Part shown: piece after piece, positions 31,596 through 42,484 of the stretch | Position numbering within the stretch: position 1 is the first letter of the stretch | How the letters are laid out: every line of letters starts with the position of its first letter | From: Longimicrobiales bacterium | GTDB taxonomy: Bacteria; Gemmatimonadota; Gemmatimonadetes; Longimicrobiales; Gaopeijiaceae | Reading direction: 5' to 3' | Assembly: GCA_963664435.2 (NCBI GenBank) | Contig: CAXXKM010000003.1 | Location: 416,001 to 480,000 of the forward strand | DNA length: 64,000 nucleotides | The notes under the pieces: model-generated | Told to the model about the DNA's origin: nothing | Databases searched by the model: none | The model's input: the letters and a program-made list of their open reading frames with translations, nothing else | Position numbers and translations under genes: made by a program

Positions 31596-32609
31596 TCACA
31601 GGATCCCTTCCATCTCCCTCAGGAAGAGGCGTGCGTCCAGCCAGTAGTTCGGATAGGCGCGCCGCACGTCCTCGAGCGAGTCCGTGGAAACGAGCACCGC
31701 GTCGCGGCCCTCTTCCTCGAACATGAGGTAGTCCGCGGTGGCGTCCTCGAGTTCGTCCTTGTCGTAGGGGATGATGAGCGTCGTCCTTTCGACCGGCCTG
31801 CGCTCGAGCAGGAAGTAGTAGGCGCCGATGCGCTTGAACGTCGATATGTTGCGGATGAGTTGCCCGTACTCGCGCATGCGCTCGACCACGTTCAGGCGCG
31901 TGGCGTACTCCTGCACCTCCCGATGAAGGGCCGGCTTTCGGGAAGGCGTGTCCGGGACCGTCGCACTCCCCTCCTTCAGGGCGAGCGCGGAGCTGGCCAG
32001 GGCGAAGAACCGCAGCCACTCCTCTTCGCCCTCGTTGAACTTGAGGGCGTGCTGGAGAAAGGCCCCGGCCGTTTCGACCGCGGTCGCCCAGGCGTGCTGC
32101 AGCCGGGAGCGCATCTGGACCTCGACGATCAGGCCATTGAAGGCGTCGTCGCTCTGGTACCGGTAGATGAGGTGCACTCCGCGGTATCCGGAGGGCTTGG
32201 GGCGGTCGATGTAGTCCATTTCCCGGATGAGCTTGTGCCCCGAGTCCGAACCCACGTAGGCCTTCTGCAGCTCCCGCACCTGGTCGATCGTGTGGAGCGC
32301 GGCCCGGCACCCGCCCAGGTCCTGCATCCGGGCGAGCTGCATGCGGGGGAAGCGCCGCAGCTTGGAGAGCGTCGAGGGCGTGGTCTTGAGCCGCTGGGAA
32401 ACGACGGCGTCGCTGGCGATGCGCGTCGCCAGCGCGCGCAGCCGGTCGTGCAGTTGGCTCAGCGGGAATCCGTGGGCGGCTCTCCAGTTGTTGAGCACGC
32501 GCATGTCTTCGCGGAACTCCGGAGACTCGCGGTCCCTGTCGGCGGTGGCGAGCGCCTTGCCGGCGCGGTTGATGCGCCCGCGCGAGTATCCGGGAGTGGT
32601 CCGGTCCAT
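31596..32609 (-). CDS. Fused CapRel-like toxSAS (RelA/SpoT synthetase domain plus C-terminal antitoxin with YxxY)
   Basis: YSRGRINRAG, NWRAAH, SQRLK, RMQDLGGCR, DYI..PKPSGYRGVH, EVQMRS.LQHAWAT. C-terminus YFLL..AVLV..AYPNY. Confidence 0.8.
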   Translation of the reverse strand: MDRTTPGYSRGRINRAGKALATADRDRESPEFREDMRVLNNWRAAHGFPLSQLHDRLRALATRIASDAVVSQRLKTTPSTLSKLRRFPRMQLARMQDLGGCRAALHTIDQVRELQKAYVGSDSGHKLIREMDYIDRPKPSGYRGVHLIYRYQSDDAFNGLIVEVQMRSRLQHAWATAVETAGAFLQHALKFNEGEEEWLRFFALASSALALKEGSATVPDTPSRKPALHREVQEYATRLNVVERMREYGQLIRNISTFKRIGAYYFLLERRPVERTTLIIPYDKDELEDATADYLMFEEEGRDAVLVSTDSLEDVRRAYPNYWLDARLFLREMEGIL

Positions 32610-32622
32610 TGTCGGGCGAGCC

Positions 32623-33378
32623 TCAGGTGCGGGTGGCGGGATCTTCCCGCGGACCCGCAGAGGTCTCGCGGCGGCTCGGCGGGCCAGCGGCCCATTCCAG
32701 CTGGCGGCGATGCACCGGAGAGAGCCCGAACACCTCCGCGAAGGCGGAGACGGCCGCGTCCTCGACCGCCGCCATGGCCACGGGGCCGCCCGTGCATTCG
32801 GCGAGCGAGGTGACCTCGCGGTCGGGGATGCCGCAGGGGACGATGGTCGCGAAGTAGTCGAGGTCCGGCTCGACGTTGAGGGCGAACCCGTGCGAGGTGA
32901 CCCAGCCCGAGGAGACCCGGATGCCGATGGCGGCAATCTTGCGCCCCCCGGTCCAGACCCCGGTGAGGCCGTCCGCCCGCCCGGCTTCCACGCCGAACGC
33001 CGCCACCGTGCGAATGAGCACCTCCTCCAGATCCCTCAGGTAGCGGTGCAGGTCGCGGCGCCCGGGGGCGAGCCGGAGGATCGGGTAGCCGACCAGCTGT
33101 CCCGGCCCGTGGTAGGTGACGTCCCCGCCCCTGCCCGCCTCGAAGAGCTCGATGCCCCGCGCCCGCAGCTGGTCGTCGCTGGCCAGGACGTGGTCGCGGT
33201 GGGCGCTCGACCCCATCGTGAGGACGTGCGGGTGCTCGAGGAGGAGGAGCTGGTCGGGGATCTCGCCGGCCGCGCGGCGGCGCACCAGGTCGGCCTGCAG
33301 GTCGAGGGCGCGCGCGTACCCGACCAGTCCCGGGCGGGTGACCTCGAGGGTCGGCTGCTTCAGCGCCGCGGGAGACAT
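32623..33378 (-). CDS. lipB: Lipoyl(octanoyl) transferase
   Basis: LLLEHPHV.T.G, RGGDVTYHGPGQLVGYPI, KIAAIG, HGFALN, IVPCGI. Confidence 0.95.
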   Translation of the reverse strand: MSPAALKQPTLEVTRPGLVGYARALDLQADLVRRRAAGEIPDQLLLLEHPHVLTMGSSAHRDHVLASDDQLRARGIELFEAGRGGDVTYHGPGQLVGYPILRLAPGRRDLHRYLRDLEEVLIRTVAAFGVEAGRADGLTGVWTGGRKIAAIGIRVSSGWVTSHGFALNVEPDLDYFATIVPCGIPDREVTSLAECTGGPVAMAAVEDAAVSAFAEVFGLSPVHRRQLEWAAGPPSRRETSAGPREDPATRT

Positions 33379-33481
33379 GGCGGAAAGGTCCTGGCGGTCC
33401 GTGGATGAATCCGCGCGAGCGGCGGGGCGCCGGGCGGACGGTGGAGACGCGGCGGACGGTGGCACGGCGGGCGCGGGCCGG

Positions 33482-34969
33482 TCAGGCGTCCTTGGGGAAC
33501 TCTGCCAGGGTGGTCCGCAGGTCGGCGATGAAGCGGGCGGCGTCGGCCCCGTCGACGATGCGGTGGTCGTACCCGAGCGAGAAGAACGCGCGCTTGCGGA
33601 TCGCCATGGCGTCCTGGCCGCTGGCCGGATCGGTCACCACCACGACCCGCTTCTCGATGGCGCCCGTCCCCAGGATGGCGGCGGTCCCCTTGGGGATGAT
33701 GGGCATGCCGACCACGGTGCCCAGCACCCCGGGATTGGTGAGCGAGAAGGTCGCCCCCTGGATGTCCGCGGGGTCGAGCTTGCGCGACCGGGCGCGCGCG
33801 GCCAGGTCGGCGATGCGCCGGGCGATGCCCACCAGGCTGAACTCGTCCGCGTCGTGGATGACGGGCACGATCAGGCCGGGGTTCAGGTCGACCGCGATGC
33901 CCAGGTTCACGTTGCCCCGGTAGATGACGCTGCGGCCGGACACGACGGAGTTGACCATCGGGTAGTCGCGCAGCAGCCGCGAGCAGGCCCACGCGACGAA
34001 GGCGGTGTAGCTGACCCGCGCCCCGCGCGCCTTCCACGCCTCGCGGTTCCGCCGCCGCAGCTCGTCGATGCGGGTGAAGTCCACCTCGATGAACGAGTGC
34101 ACGTGGGGCGCCACCCGCTTCGCCACCACCATGTGGTCGGCGGTGAGCCGGCGGATCTTGTCCATCGGCTCCACGCGGTCGGCGGAGCGGGCGCGGAACT
34201 CCGGGTTGCGCACCTCACCGTAGAAGGTCGCCCACAGCTGGTCGGCGCCGAGCACGGGACCGGGGGCGGCATCGGGAGCGGCGGGGGGGGAGGGGTCGGT
34301 CGCGGGGGCGGCGGCCGGGGCGGGGCCGGCGGCGGCCGGGGCGGGGCCGGCGGCGGCCGCAGCCGCAGCGTCCTGCTTGCGGGTCTCGATGAAGTTCAGG
34401 ATGTCCTGTTTGGTCACGCGCCCGGCGTGGCCGGTGCCGGCGACCTGGCCGATGTCGACCCCGTGCTCGGCGGCGATGCGGCGCACCACCGGGGTCGACC
34501 GGCGGCGGAGGCGTTCCTCCGCGGTCGCGGGGGTGGAGGGGCGGTCGGTGGTCGCGGGGGAGGGGTCGGTCGCGGGGGCGGGTTTCCCGTCCGGTGCTCC
34601 GGCGAGGCCCGCGGTTGCCGCGGCGTCAGCCGCTTCCGCCCGGGCCGCCTCTCCGGCGGGCTCGCCGGCCACTTCGGTCGACGAAGCCCCGCGCGCGGCC
34701 CCGTCGGCCGCCGCGCCTCCCGCCGAATCGATCACGCCAACGATGGTCCCGACCTCCACCGTCTCCCCCTCCGGGACCGTGATCTCCACCAGCACCCCGC
34801 CGGTGGGAGACGGAATCTCCGCGTCGACCTTGTCGGTCGAGATCTCGAGAATGGGTTCGTCCACCTCGATGCGGTCTCCAACCGCCTTCAGCCAGCGCGA
34901 GACCGTCCCCTCGGCGATCGACTCGCCCATCTGGGGCATCGGCACTTCAATGCGGGACACGACAGACAC
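33482..34969 (-). CDS. 2-oxoacid dehydrogenase E2 dihydrolipoamide acyltransferase
   Basis: Lipoyl domain EISTDKVDAEI, E3-binding STPVVRRIA..GTG..GRVTK.D, catalytic DHRIVDG. Confidence 0.95.
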   Translation of the reverse strand: MSVVSRIEVPMPQMGESIAEGTVSRWLKAVGDRIEVDEPILEISTDKVDAEIPSPTGGVLVEITVPEGETVEVGTIVGVIDSAGGAAADGAARGASSTEVAGEPAGEAARAEAADAAATAGLAGAPDGKPAPATDPSPATTDRPSTPATAEERLRRRSTPVVRRIAAEHGVDIGQVAGTGHAGRVTKQDILNFIETRKQDAAAAAAAGPAPAAAGPAPAAAPATDPSPPAAPDAAPGPVLGADQLWATFYGEVRNPEFRARSADRVEPMDKIRRLTADHMVVAKRVAPHVHSFIEVDFTRIDELRRRNREAWKARGARVSYTAFVAWACSRLLRDYPMVNSVVSGRSVIYRGNVNLGIAVDLNPGLIVPVIHDADEFSLVGIARRIADLAARARSRKLDPADIQGATFSLTNPGVLGTVVGMPIIPKGTAAILGTGAIEKRVVVVTDPASGQDAMAIRKRAFFSLGYDHRIVDGADAARFIADLRTTLAEFPKDA

Positions 34970-35032
34970 TCCGTTGCTTGCGGCGGCGCGTTCGGGCTTC
35001 GGCGCCCGTCATCGGCAATACCCTCGACATCG

Positions 35033-36061
35033 TCAGTACTCTACAAGATAGCGGCACGCGGTGACGATATCCGACACCCGGGGCAGGAAGTAGTCCTCCA
35101 GCCCGCCCGCGTAGGGGACGGGCGAATCGATCGCGGTGACGCGCAGAATCGGCGCGTCCAGCCACTCGAACGCCTGCTCGTTCACGCGCATGGCGATCTC
35201 GCCGGCGATCCCGCCGGTGCGGGTGTCCTCGTGGACGATCAGCAGCCGCCCGGTCTTCTTCACGCTTCCGGCGATCGCTTCGTCGTCCAGGGGCAGCAGG
35301 GTGCGCAGGTCCAGGACCTCGACCGCCACCCCGTCGTCCTTCTCCAGCGCCGCGGCCGCCTCCAGGCTCGTATGCACCATCGCGCCATAGGTGACGATGG
35401 TCGCCTGCCCGCCCTCCCGCGCGCACCGCGCCTTGCCCAGCGGCACGGTGTAGTCCTCCGCGGGCAGCACCTCCCGCAGGTGCGGCGCCCGGTAGAGGCT
35501 CTTGTGCTCCTCGAAGATGACCGGGTCGTCGTCGCGGATGGCCGACTTCATGAGGCCCTTTGCGTCGTAGGCGGTGGCGGGGTAGACGATCTTGAGCCCG
35601 GGCGTGTGGAAGAAGGCCATCTCCACGTTCTGGGAGTGGAAGGGGCCGCCCCGGTTGCCCCCGCCGACGGGGCCGCGCACCACCACCGGGACGCTCCCGC
35701 TGCCCCGGTAGCGGGAGGTGGCCAGGTAGTTGGTGATGACGTCGTAGGCGGGAGAGATGAAGTCCATGAACTGCATCTCCACCACCGGGCGAAGTCCCAT
35801 GTGAGCCGCTCCCGCAGCGGCCCCGGTGAAGCCGGCCTCCGAGATCGGGGTGTCGATGACCCGTTCGGCGCCGAAATGGTCGAGGAAGCCGCGCGTCACC
35901 TTGAACGCGCCCCCGTAGACGGCGATGTCCTCCCCCATGAGAAAGACGGAGGGGTCGCGCTCCATTTCCTCGAAGAGGGCTTCGCTGATGGCTTCGAGCA
36001 GCGTCACCGGCTCCCCGCGCAGGGTCCTGGCGAGGTGCTCCGGCCTGGAGTTGCTGGTCAC
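35033..36061 (-). CDS. 2-oxoacid dehydrogenase E1 beta subunit
   Basis: GEDIAVYGGAF, DTPISE, EMQFMDF, GGPFHSQ, DLRTL.PLD. Confidence 0.94.
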   Translation of the reverse strand: MTSNSRPEHLARTLRGEPVTLLEAISEALFEEMERDPSVFLMGEDIAVYGGAFKVTRGFLDHFGAERVIDTPISEAGFTGAAAGAAHMGLRPVVEMQFMDFISPAYDVITNYLATSRYRGSGSVPVVVRGPVGGGNRGGPFHSQNVEMAFFHTPGLKIVYPATAYDAKGLMKSAIRDDDPVIFEEHKSLYRAPHLREVLPAEDYTVPLGKARCAREGGQATIVTYGAMVHTSLEAAAALEKDDGVAVEVLDLRTLLPLDDEAIAGSVKKTGRLLIVHEDTRTGGIAGEIAMRVNEQAFEWLDAPILRVTAIDSPVPYAGGLEDYFLPRVSDIVTACRYLVEY

Positions 36062-36074
36062 GGCCCGGCCCCGG

Positions 36075-37103
36075 TCACGTGGTGGACGCCAGGGCGAGCC
36101 CGCGTTCCGGCGGCTCGAGTCGATACCAGGGGGGAGTGCCCGGATCGCCGTCGTAGACGCCTCCGAGCGCGTATTCGTCGGCGGGAGGGGACTCCCCCAG
36201 CGCCTGCTCGCACGCCGACCGCACCTCGGCCCGCGCCCGGCGCTCCACCTCGTCGAGGTCGGAGGCCCGGGCGATGCGCTCTTCGATGAGCCGGACGCGG
36301 AACCGGGCTGCGGGGTCGGGTGGGTGCTCGTACGGGTGTCGTTCCCGGTCGGCCCCGGCGGCGCGGAGGGCACGTCGCGAGACCGGACAGCCTCGGGCTT
36401 CGACCAGGGTGGCGCCCTGCCCGGAACGCGCCCGCGCGGCCGCCTCCTCCACCGCCCGATGGACGGCCAGCACGTCGCCGCCGTCCACCGACGCGCTCGC
36501 GACCCCGTACCCGGCCGCCTTCTGCGCGAAGCCGCGCGCCCGCGTATGCACCCCCGTCGAGGTCTCGGTTCCGGCCTGAACGACCACGATCAGGGGACAG
36601 CGCCGGGCAGCGGCGAAGTTGGTTCCCTCGTGCCACGCGCTGGTGGAGGTTTCGTCCTCGCCCGAAAAGACCAGTCCGACCCGGTCCTCGCCGCGCAGGC
36701 GAAACGCCAGGGTGACCCCGGCCATGACCTCCACCATGGTGCCGGGAAGCGCGGCCGGACCCACGAGCCCGCGCTCGACATCGATGGGACACATCCCCGG
36801 CTCCCGGCCGCGGCCCGGCGCCGAGCCGCATGCGAGATGCTGTCGGAAGAACTCGAGCGGGGTCCCGCCGAACTCGAAGAAGGCGCCCGCATTGTCGGGG
36901 GTGGGCGCGATCGCGTCGCCGGAACCGTCGCTTGCGGCACGCAGCGCGCGCGCGGCGCCCGTCGAGACGGCTTCGTATCCCCGTCCGCAGCGGGTGGCCG
37001 CGGGAACCCGGCCCTGGTCGCGGAGGCTCTTCAGCCTCGTGGCGGCGGCCCGATGGAGGGCGAGCGCCCGATAGAGGTCGACGGCATCATCGCGCCCGGC
37101 CAC
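36075..37103 (-). CDS. 2-oxoacid dehydrogenase E1 alpha-like protein with degenerate TPP motif
   Basis: HEGTNFAA, KAAGYG...SVDGGDVLAV, G.GATLVEA and DP.ARF scaffold, but GDG..NN is replaced by GED..QA. Confidence 0.8.
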   Translation of the reverse strand: MAGRDDAVDLYRALALHRAAATRLKSLRDQGRVPAATRCGRGYEAVSTGAARALRAASDGSGDAIAPTPDNAGAFFEFGGTPLEFFRQHLACGSAPGRGREPGMCPIDVERGLVGPAALPGTMVEVMAGVTLAFRLRGEDRVGLVFSGEDETSTSAWHEGTNFAAARRCPLIVVVQAGTETSTGVHTRARGFAQKAAGYGVASASVDGGDVLAVHRAVEEAAARARSGQGATLVEARGCPVSRRALRAAGADRERHPYEHPPDPAARFRVRLIEERIARASDLDEVERRARAEVRSACEQALGESPPADEYALGGVYDGDPGTPPWYRLEPPERGLALASTT

Positions 37104-37126
37104 GGTCAGCGTCGAGCGGTCCCGGG

Positions 37127-37546
37127 TCAGAGTCCGTTGGGCGGGGGAGGTGTCCCGTCCGGCGGCGGGTCGCCTGGGGGCGTGGTCTCGCCCGCGGCGG
37201 GCACTTCGACCGGGACGGCTTCGTCCGCGGGGGCGGCGTCCTCGAGTCCGGGAAGGACCGGAGTGGGCGCAGCCTGCTGCTGGCTCTCGCGCAAGATGGA
37301 AGTCGGCGCCGTGGCCCGCGACGACATGATGGACAGGACCAGCGCGAGCAGCATGAAGATGCTGCCCGTCGTCCAGGTGGTGCGCGTAAGCACCGATGCG
37401 GCCTGACGGCCGGCGAGAATCCCCTCCGTCGGGCTGGCCCCTCCGCCCATGGCCGCCAATCCGCCTCCCTTGCCTGCCTGGAGGAGGATGACGACCCCGA
37501 GGATCAGGCCATCCAGTACGAGTAGGAACAGAAGAAAGCCATACAT
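37127..37546 (-). CDS. secG: Preprotein translocase subunit SecG
   Basis: ILLQAGKGGGLAA.GG..LTRTT with two TM helices, directly downstream of tpiA. Confidence 0.92.
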   Translation of the reverse strand: MYGFLLFLLVLDGLILGVVILLQAGKGGGLAAMGGGASPTEGILAGRQAASVLTRTTWTTGSIFMLLALVLSIMSSRATAPTSILRESQQQAAPTPVLPGLEDAAPADEAVPVEVPAAGETTPPGDPPPDGTPPPPNGL

Positions 37547-37636
37547 GCGTCTATATCCGGCTATTTCGCCCGGTTCGAGGAATCGGCGTAAACCATCGTC
37601 CCGGCCCGCTCCACTGTCAAGCGGCTCCGGCCCCGG

Positions 37637-38389
37637 TCACGGCTGAGCGGCCTCGGCGATGCGGGCGAAGGAGTCGGGGTCGAGGCTCGCTCCGCCCACC
37701 AGCACGCCGTCGATGTCGGGAGAGGCAAGCAGCTGGGCGGCGTTCCCGGGATTCACGCTTCCCCCGTAGAGGATGCGCACCGAGGAGGCGCGCTCGTCGC
37801 CCCAGGCCTCCGCCAGACGGCGCCTCAGGATTCCGTGTGCAGCGGACGCATCGGACGGGGTCGCGGTTTCACCCGTGCCGATCGCCCATACCGGTTCGTA
37901 GGCGGCCATCACGTCGTCCCCGGGGGTGAGCACCGCGAGTGCGGCGTCCAGCTGGCGGATGATGACCTCTCCGGCCCGGCCGGCCTGGCGCTCCTCGAGG
38001 GTCTCGCCCACGCAGAGGACGGGAACCAGCCCCGCATCGGCGGCGGCGCGGGCCCTGGCGGCCGCGTCCCGGTCGCTCTCGCCGAACAGGTGGCGCCGTT
38101 CGGAGTGACCGGCCAGGGCGTGGGTGGCCCCCGCCGCCCGGGCCATTGGGGCGGAGATCTCCCCGGTGAAGGCGCCGTGCGGCTCGGGGTGGATGTTCTG
38201 CACGCCCAGCTGCACGCGGGGCCGCCGGGGGAGGGCGGACTGCGCCGCCGCGAAGGAGATGGCGGCGGGAAAGATCAGGATGTCGGGTTGGGTCCCGGAC
38301 CACGAGGGGCGGAAGGCGCCGAAGAACCGGCGGGCGTCCTCGGGCGCGTGGTACATCTTCCAGTTCCCGGCGATGACCGGTTTCCTCAT
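37637..38389 (-). CDS. tpiA: Triosephosphate isomerase
   Basis: AGNWKM, GAFTGE, GHSERR, AYEPVWAIGTG, LYGGSV, LVGGASL. Confidence 0.97.
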   Translation of the reverse strand: MRKPVIAGNWKMYHAPEDARRFFGAFRPSWSGTQPDILIFPAAISFAAAQSALPRRPRVQLGVQNIHPEPHGAFTGEISAPMARAAGATHALAGHSERRHLFGESDRDAAARARAAADAGLVPVLCVGETLEERQAGRAGEVIIRQLDAALAVLTPGDDVMAAYEPVWAIGTGETATPSDASAAHGILRRRLAEAWGDERASSVRILYGGSVNPGNAAQLLASPDIDGVLVGGASLDPDSFARIAEAAQP

Positions 38390-38473
38390 GCGGCCTCCAG
38401 CTTGTTTGCGCGGCCTCAAGTTGTTTGCGCGTCGGTCCCGTCCTGCGCGCGGCGGGATCTGCGCGGCGTTCCC

Positions 38474-39673
38474 CTACGCGTCCGAGAGCGCCTCCACTCC
38501 GGGGAGCGTCTTCCCCGCCAGGAACGCCAGCGAGGCGCCCCCGCCGGTGGAAACGTGGGTGAAGGCGTCGGCGAGCCCGGCGGCGCGCACCGCGGCCGCG
38601 GAGTCCCCTCCCCCGGCGATGGTCAGCGCTCCCGATGCCGTCGCCACGGCCACGGATCGTGCGACCGCGGCTGTTCCGGCGGCGAACGGGGGCATCTCGG
38701 ATACGCCCATGGGCCCGTTCCAGACGATGGTGCGGGCCTGCTCCAGCTCGCTTGCGAACAGGCGCCGGCTCGCGTTCCCGATGTCGCCGATGCGGTCCTC
38801 CGCTCCGACCTCGGCCCGCGGCACTTCCCGGGTGGCCGTGACGGCGTCGATGCGGGGCGCGACCACGCAGTCCACCGGCAGCATCAGGCGGTCGCCGGCG
38901 CGGTCCATCAGCCGGGCCGCGAGATCCACGCCCTGCTCATCCACGAGGGACCGGCCGGTCTCGAGCCCCAGCGCCCGGAAGAAGGTATTGGCCATGGCGC
39001 CGCCGACCAGCACCCGATCGGCCCGCGCGCGCATCTTTTCGATGACGGCGATCTTGTCCGATACCTTGGCGCCCCCCAGGACCGCCACGAAGGGCCGCCC
39101 GGGACTGTCCAGCGCTTCGCCCAGAACGCGGATTTCGCGCTCGAGGAGCAGCCCCGCCACCGCCTCCCCGCCCCTGGCTCGCATCGCCAGGGCCAGGCCG
39201 GCGGTCGAGGCGTGCGCCCGGTGCGCCGTCCCGAAGGCGTCGTTCACGAAGTGGTCGCCGAGCGCGGCGAAAGCGGCGGCCAGTTCGGCGTCGTTGCCCG
39301 TTTCGCCCTCGAGGAAGCGGGTGTTCTCGGCCACCAGGATCTCGCCGGGAGCGAGTGCGCGGGCGCGGGCCAGCGCTTCCGGTCCGGCCGTCCCCGGGCT
39401 GAAGCGCACGTCCTCGCCGAGGAGTTCGCCCAGCCGGGCCGCGACCGGACGGAGGGAGAGCTCCGGGCGGGGCCGGCCTCCGGGGCGGCCCAGGTGGGAG
39501 AGGAGGACCAGGCGGGCGCCGGTGGCGGTGAGCCGCCGGAGGGTCGGCAGGGTGCGTTCGACGCGGGTGTCGTCCATGACCCGCCCGTCCCGCAGCGGGA
39601 CGTTGAAGTCCACGCGTACGACGATGCGGTCGCCGTCGCGCGCGGCGAGGTCCCTCAGGGTCTTCTTGCGCAT
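38474..39673 (-). CDS. pgk: Phosphoglycerate kinase
   Basis: RVDFNVP, SHLGRP, NDAFGTAHRAHAS, GGAKVSDKI, WNGPMG, STGGGASL. Confidence 0.97.
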   Translation of the reverse strand: MRKKTLRDLAARDGDRIVVRVDFNVPLRDGRVMDDTRVERTLPTLRRLTATGARLVLLSHLGRPGGRPRPELSLRPVAARLGELLGEDVRFSPGTAGPEALARARALAPGEILVAENTRFLEGETGNDAELAAAFAALGDHFVNDAFGTAHRAHASTAGLALAMRARGGEAVAGLLLEREIRVLGEALDSPGRPFVAVLGGAKVSDKIAVIEKMRARADRVLVGGAMANTFFRALGLETGRSLVDEQGVDLAARLMDRAGDRLMLPVDCVVAPRIDAVTATREVPRAEVGAEDRIGDIGNASRRLFASELEQARTIVWNGPMGVSEMPPFAAGTAAVARSVAVATASGALTIAGGGDSAAAVRAAGLADAFTHVSTGGGASLAFLAGKTLPGVEALSDA

Positions 39674-39697
39674 CGCCGGCGGGCTCGCGGCCCGGAA

Positions 39698-40726
<1,029 letters not shown>

Positions 40727-40817
40727 GGATGGCGCTGTCTCCCGGGGCGTGTCTGATGCTTCCTTGGGGAATCTGCCCGGACGCACCCCGCTGGCGGGTC
40801 AGAGTTCCAGGAACAAA

Positions 40818-41591
40818 CTAACGCGGAAGGGCCCGCGCGAAGGTGACCAGCGCGACCCGGCCCACCCCGGCGCGGACGAGCGTCTCGGCGGCCGCCCGGG
40901 CGGTGGCCCCGGTGGTCAGCACGTCGTCGACCAGGAGCACGTCGCGCCCGCCGGCCGGCTGTCCGTCGGCGGGCCGGTGCGAAAAGGCGTCGCGCACGTT
41001 GGCCATCCGCTGCTGGGGGTGCAGCGAGACCTGGGTTCGCTTCTGGCGGCCGCGCGCGAGCAGGTGCGCGAAAGGCAGGCCGGTGCGCCCGGAGAGCGCG
41101 CGGGCCAGCAGCTCCGCCTGGTCGTAGCCCCGGCGCCGGCGGTGGGCGGCGGAGGTCGGGACGCAGGTGATGACGTACTCGTCCAGGTCGTCGAGTGCGT
41201 CGAGGGCGGTGAGCAGGCGGCGCTCCATGAGCTCGGCCATCAGAGGCGCGAGTTCGCGCCAGCCCTCGTACTTGAGGCCGTGCACGAGGACGTCCGCCGG
41301 CGGGCGCAGCGCCACGGCCGAGCGCGCCATGAACAGCGCTTCCGGCCAGTCCAGGCACTCCAGGCAGGGTCGGCCGGGCCGATGGCCGGTGCCCGCCGGA
41401 TAATCGCAGCGCTCACAGCGCGGGGCCGGAGGGGGGCGCAGGCGGCCCCGGCAGGGCGCGCACACCAGGCCGCCGCGCGCGATGCGCGAGCCGCACGCGA
41501 TGCAGGCGCAGGGAAGCAGAAAATCCACGAGCGGGGCGAGCGCGCCCCGAACCGCGCCGAGACGGGTCCCGGTGGACGGCGCCATCCTCAT
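40818..41591 (-). CDS. comF: ComF-family protein (zinc ribbons plus phosphoribosyltransferase domain)
   Basis: CxxC pairs, RRGYDQAELLA, R.ANV..AF, LLVDDVLTTGAT. Confidence 0.9.
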   Translation of the reverse strand: MRMAPSTGTRLGAVRGALAPLVDFLLPCACIACGSRIARGGLVCAPCRGRLRPPPAPRCERCDYPAGTGHRPGRPCLECLDWPEALFMARSAVALRPPADVLVHGLKYEGWRELAPLMAELMERRLLTALDALDDLDEYVITCVPTSAAHRRRRGYDQAELLARALSGRTGLPFAHLLARGRQKRTQVSLHPQQRMANVRDAFSHRPADGQPAGGRDVLLVDDVLTTGATARAAAETLVRAGVGRVALVTFARALPR

Positions 41592-42484
41592 GAGGAGCGC
41601 CGGCCCGACCCGCGCCCGGTCCGTCGCGCCCCCTCCAGGGCCTCGCGCATGGCGGCGAGCGGAGCTTCGCGCCCCCACCAGAGCTCGAAAGCGGCGGCGC
41701 CCTGGCGCAGGAGCATCTCGCCTCCGTCCATGGCCGGGATGCCGCGTTCCCGGGCGGCGGCCGTCAGGCGGGTTCCGCGCGGCGAATAGACCATGTCCAT
41801 GACGGCCCCGACCGGTCCGAGTCGATCGAGGTCGACCGCGAGCGGATCGTGCGGGCCCAGCCCGAGGGAGGTCGCGTTCAGAACCAGGTCGAAGGCCTGC
41901 CCCTCCAGGGCCCGGGCGTCGGCAGCCACGCCCACCCGCGCGTCCCCGACCTCGCCGGCCATGGCCAGGGCGCGGGCGCGAGTGCGGTTGACGACCCGGA
42001 CCTCCGCGGCGTCCTCGTCCAGGAGGGCGGCGACCGCCGCGCGCGCACCGCCCCCCGCGCCCGCCAGCAGCACGCGCGCTCCCCGGGCGGGCCCCGCCAG
42101 CAGCGCGCGCACGGCACGGCGGGCTCCCTCGACGTCGGTGTTGTCCCCGCGGATGCGCGCGCCCTCGCCCCAGAAGGTGTTGCAGGCGCCCGTCCGTGCG
42201 ACCGCGGCGGCCACGTCGTCGAGAGTGGCGACCGCCCGCCCCTTGTGCGGAACCGTCACGTTGCCGCCGCCGCCGGCCCGCGCCAGCGTGCGCATCACCG
42301 GGGCGACGTCCTCCGGTTGGCAGGCGATCGCCACGTACCGGCCGTCGAGCCCGGCTGCACGGAGCGCCGCGTTCTGAATCGCGGGCGAGAGCGAATGCGC
42401 CACGGGGTTGCCCAGGATGGCGAAGACGCGCGTCCCCGCGCGGGGAACGGGCGGGACCGTCACGGCGCCTCCTTCGCCGCTCAC
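41588..42484 (-). CDS. aroE: Shikimate dehydrogenase
   Basis: GNPVAHSLSP, NVTVPHK, ACNT, NTDV.G, GAGGGAR, NATSLG, DMVY.P. Confidence 0.94.
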   Translation of the reverse strand: MSGEGGAVTVPPVPRAGTRVFAILGNPVAHSLSPAIQNAALRAAGLDGRYVAIACQPEDVAPVMRTLARAGGGGNVTVPHKGRAVATLDDVAAAVARTGACNTFWGEGARIRGDNTDVEGARRAVRALLAGPARGARVLLAGAGGGARAAVAALLDEDAAEVRVVNRTRARALAMAGEVGDARVGVAADARALEGQAFDLVLNATSLGLGPHDPLAVDLDRLGPVGAVMDMVYSPRGTRLTAAARERGIPAMDGGEMLLRQGAAAFELWWGREAPLAAMREALEGARRTGRGSGRRSS

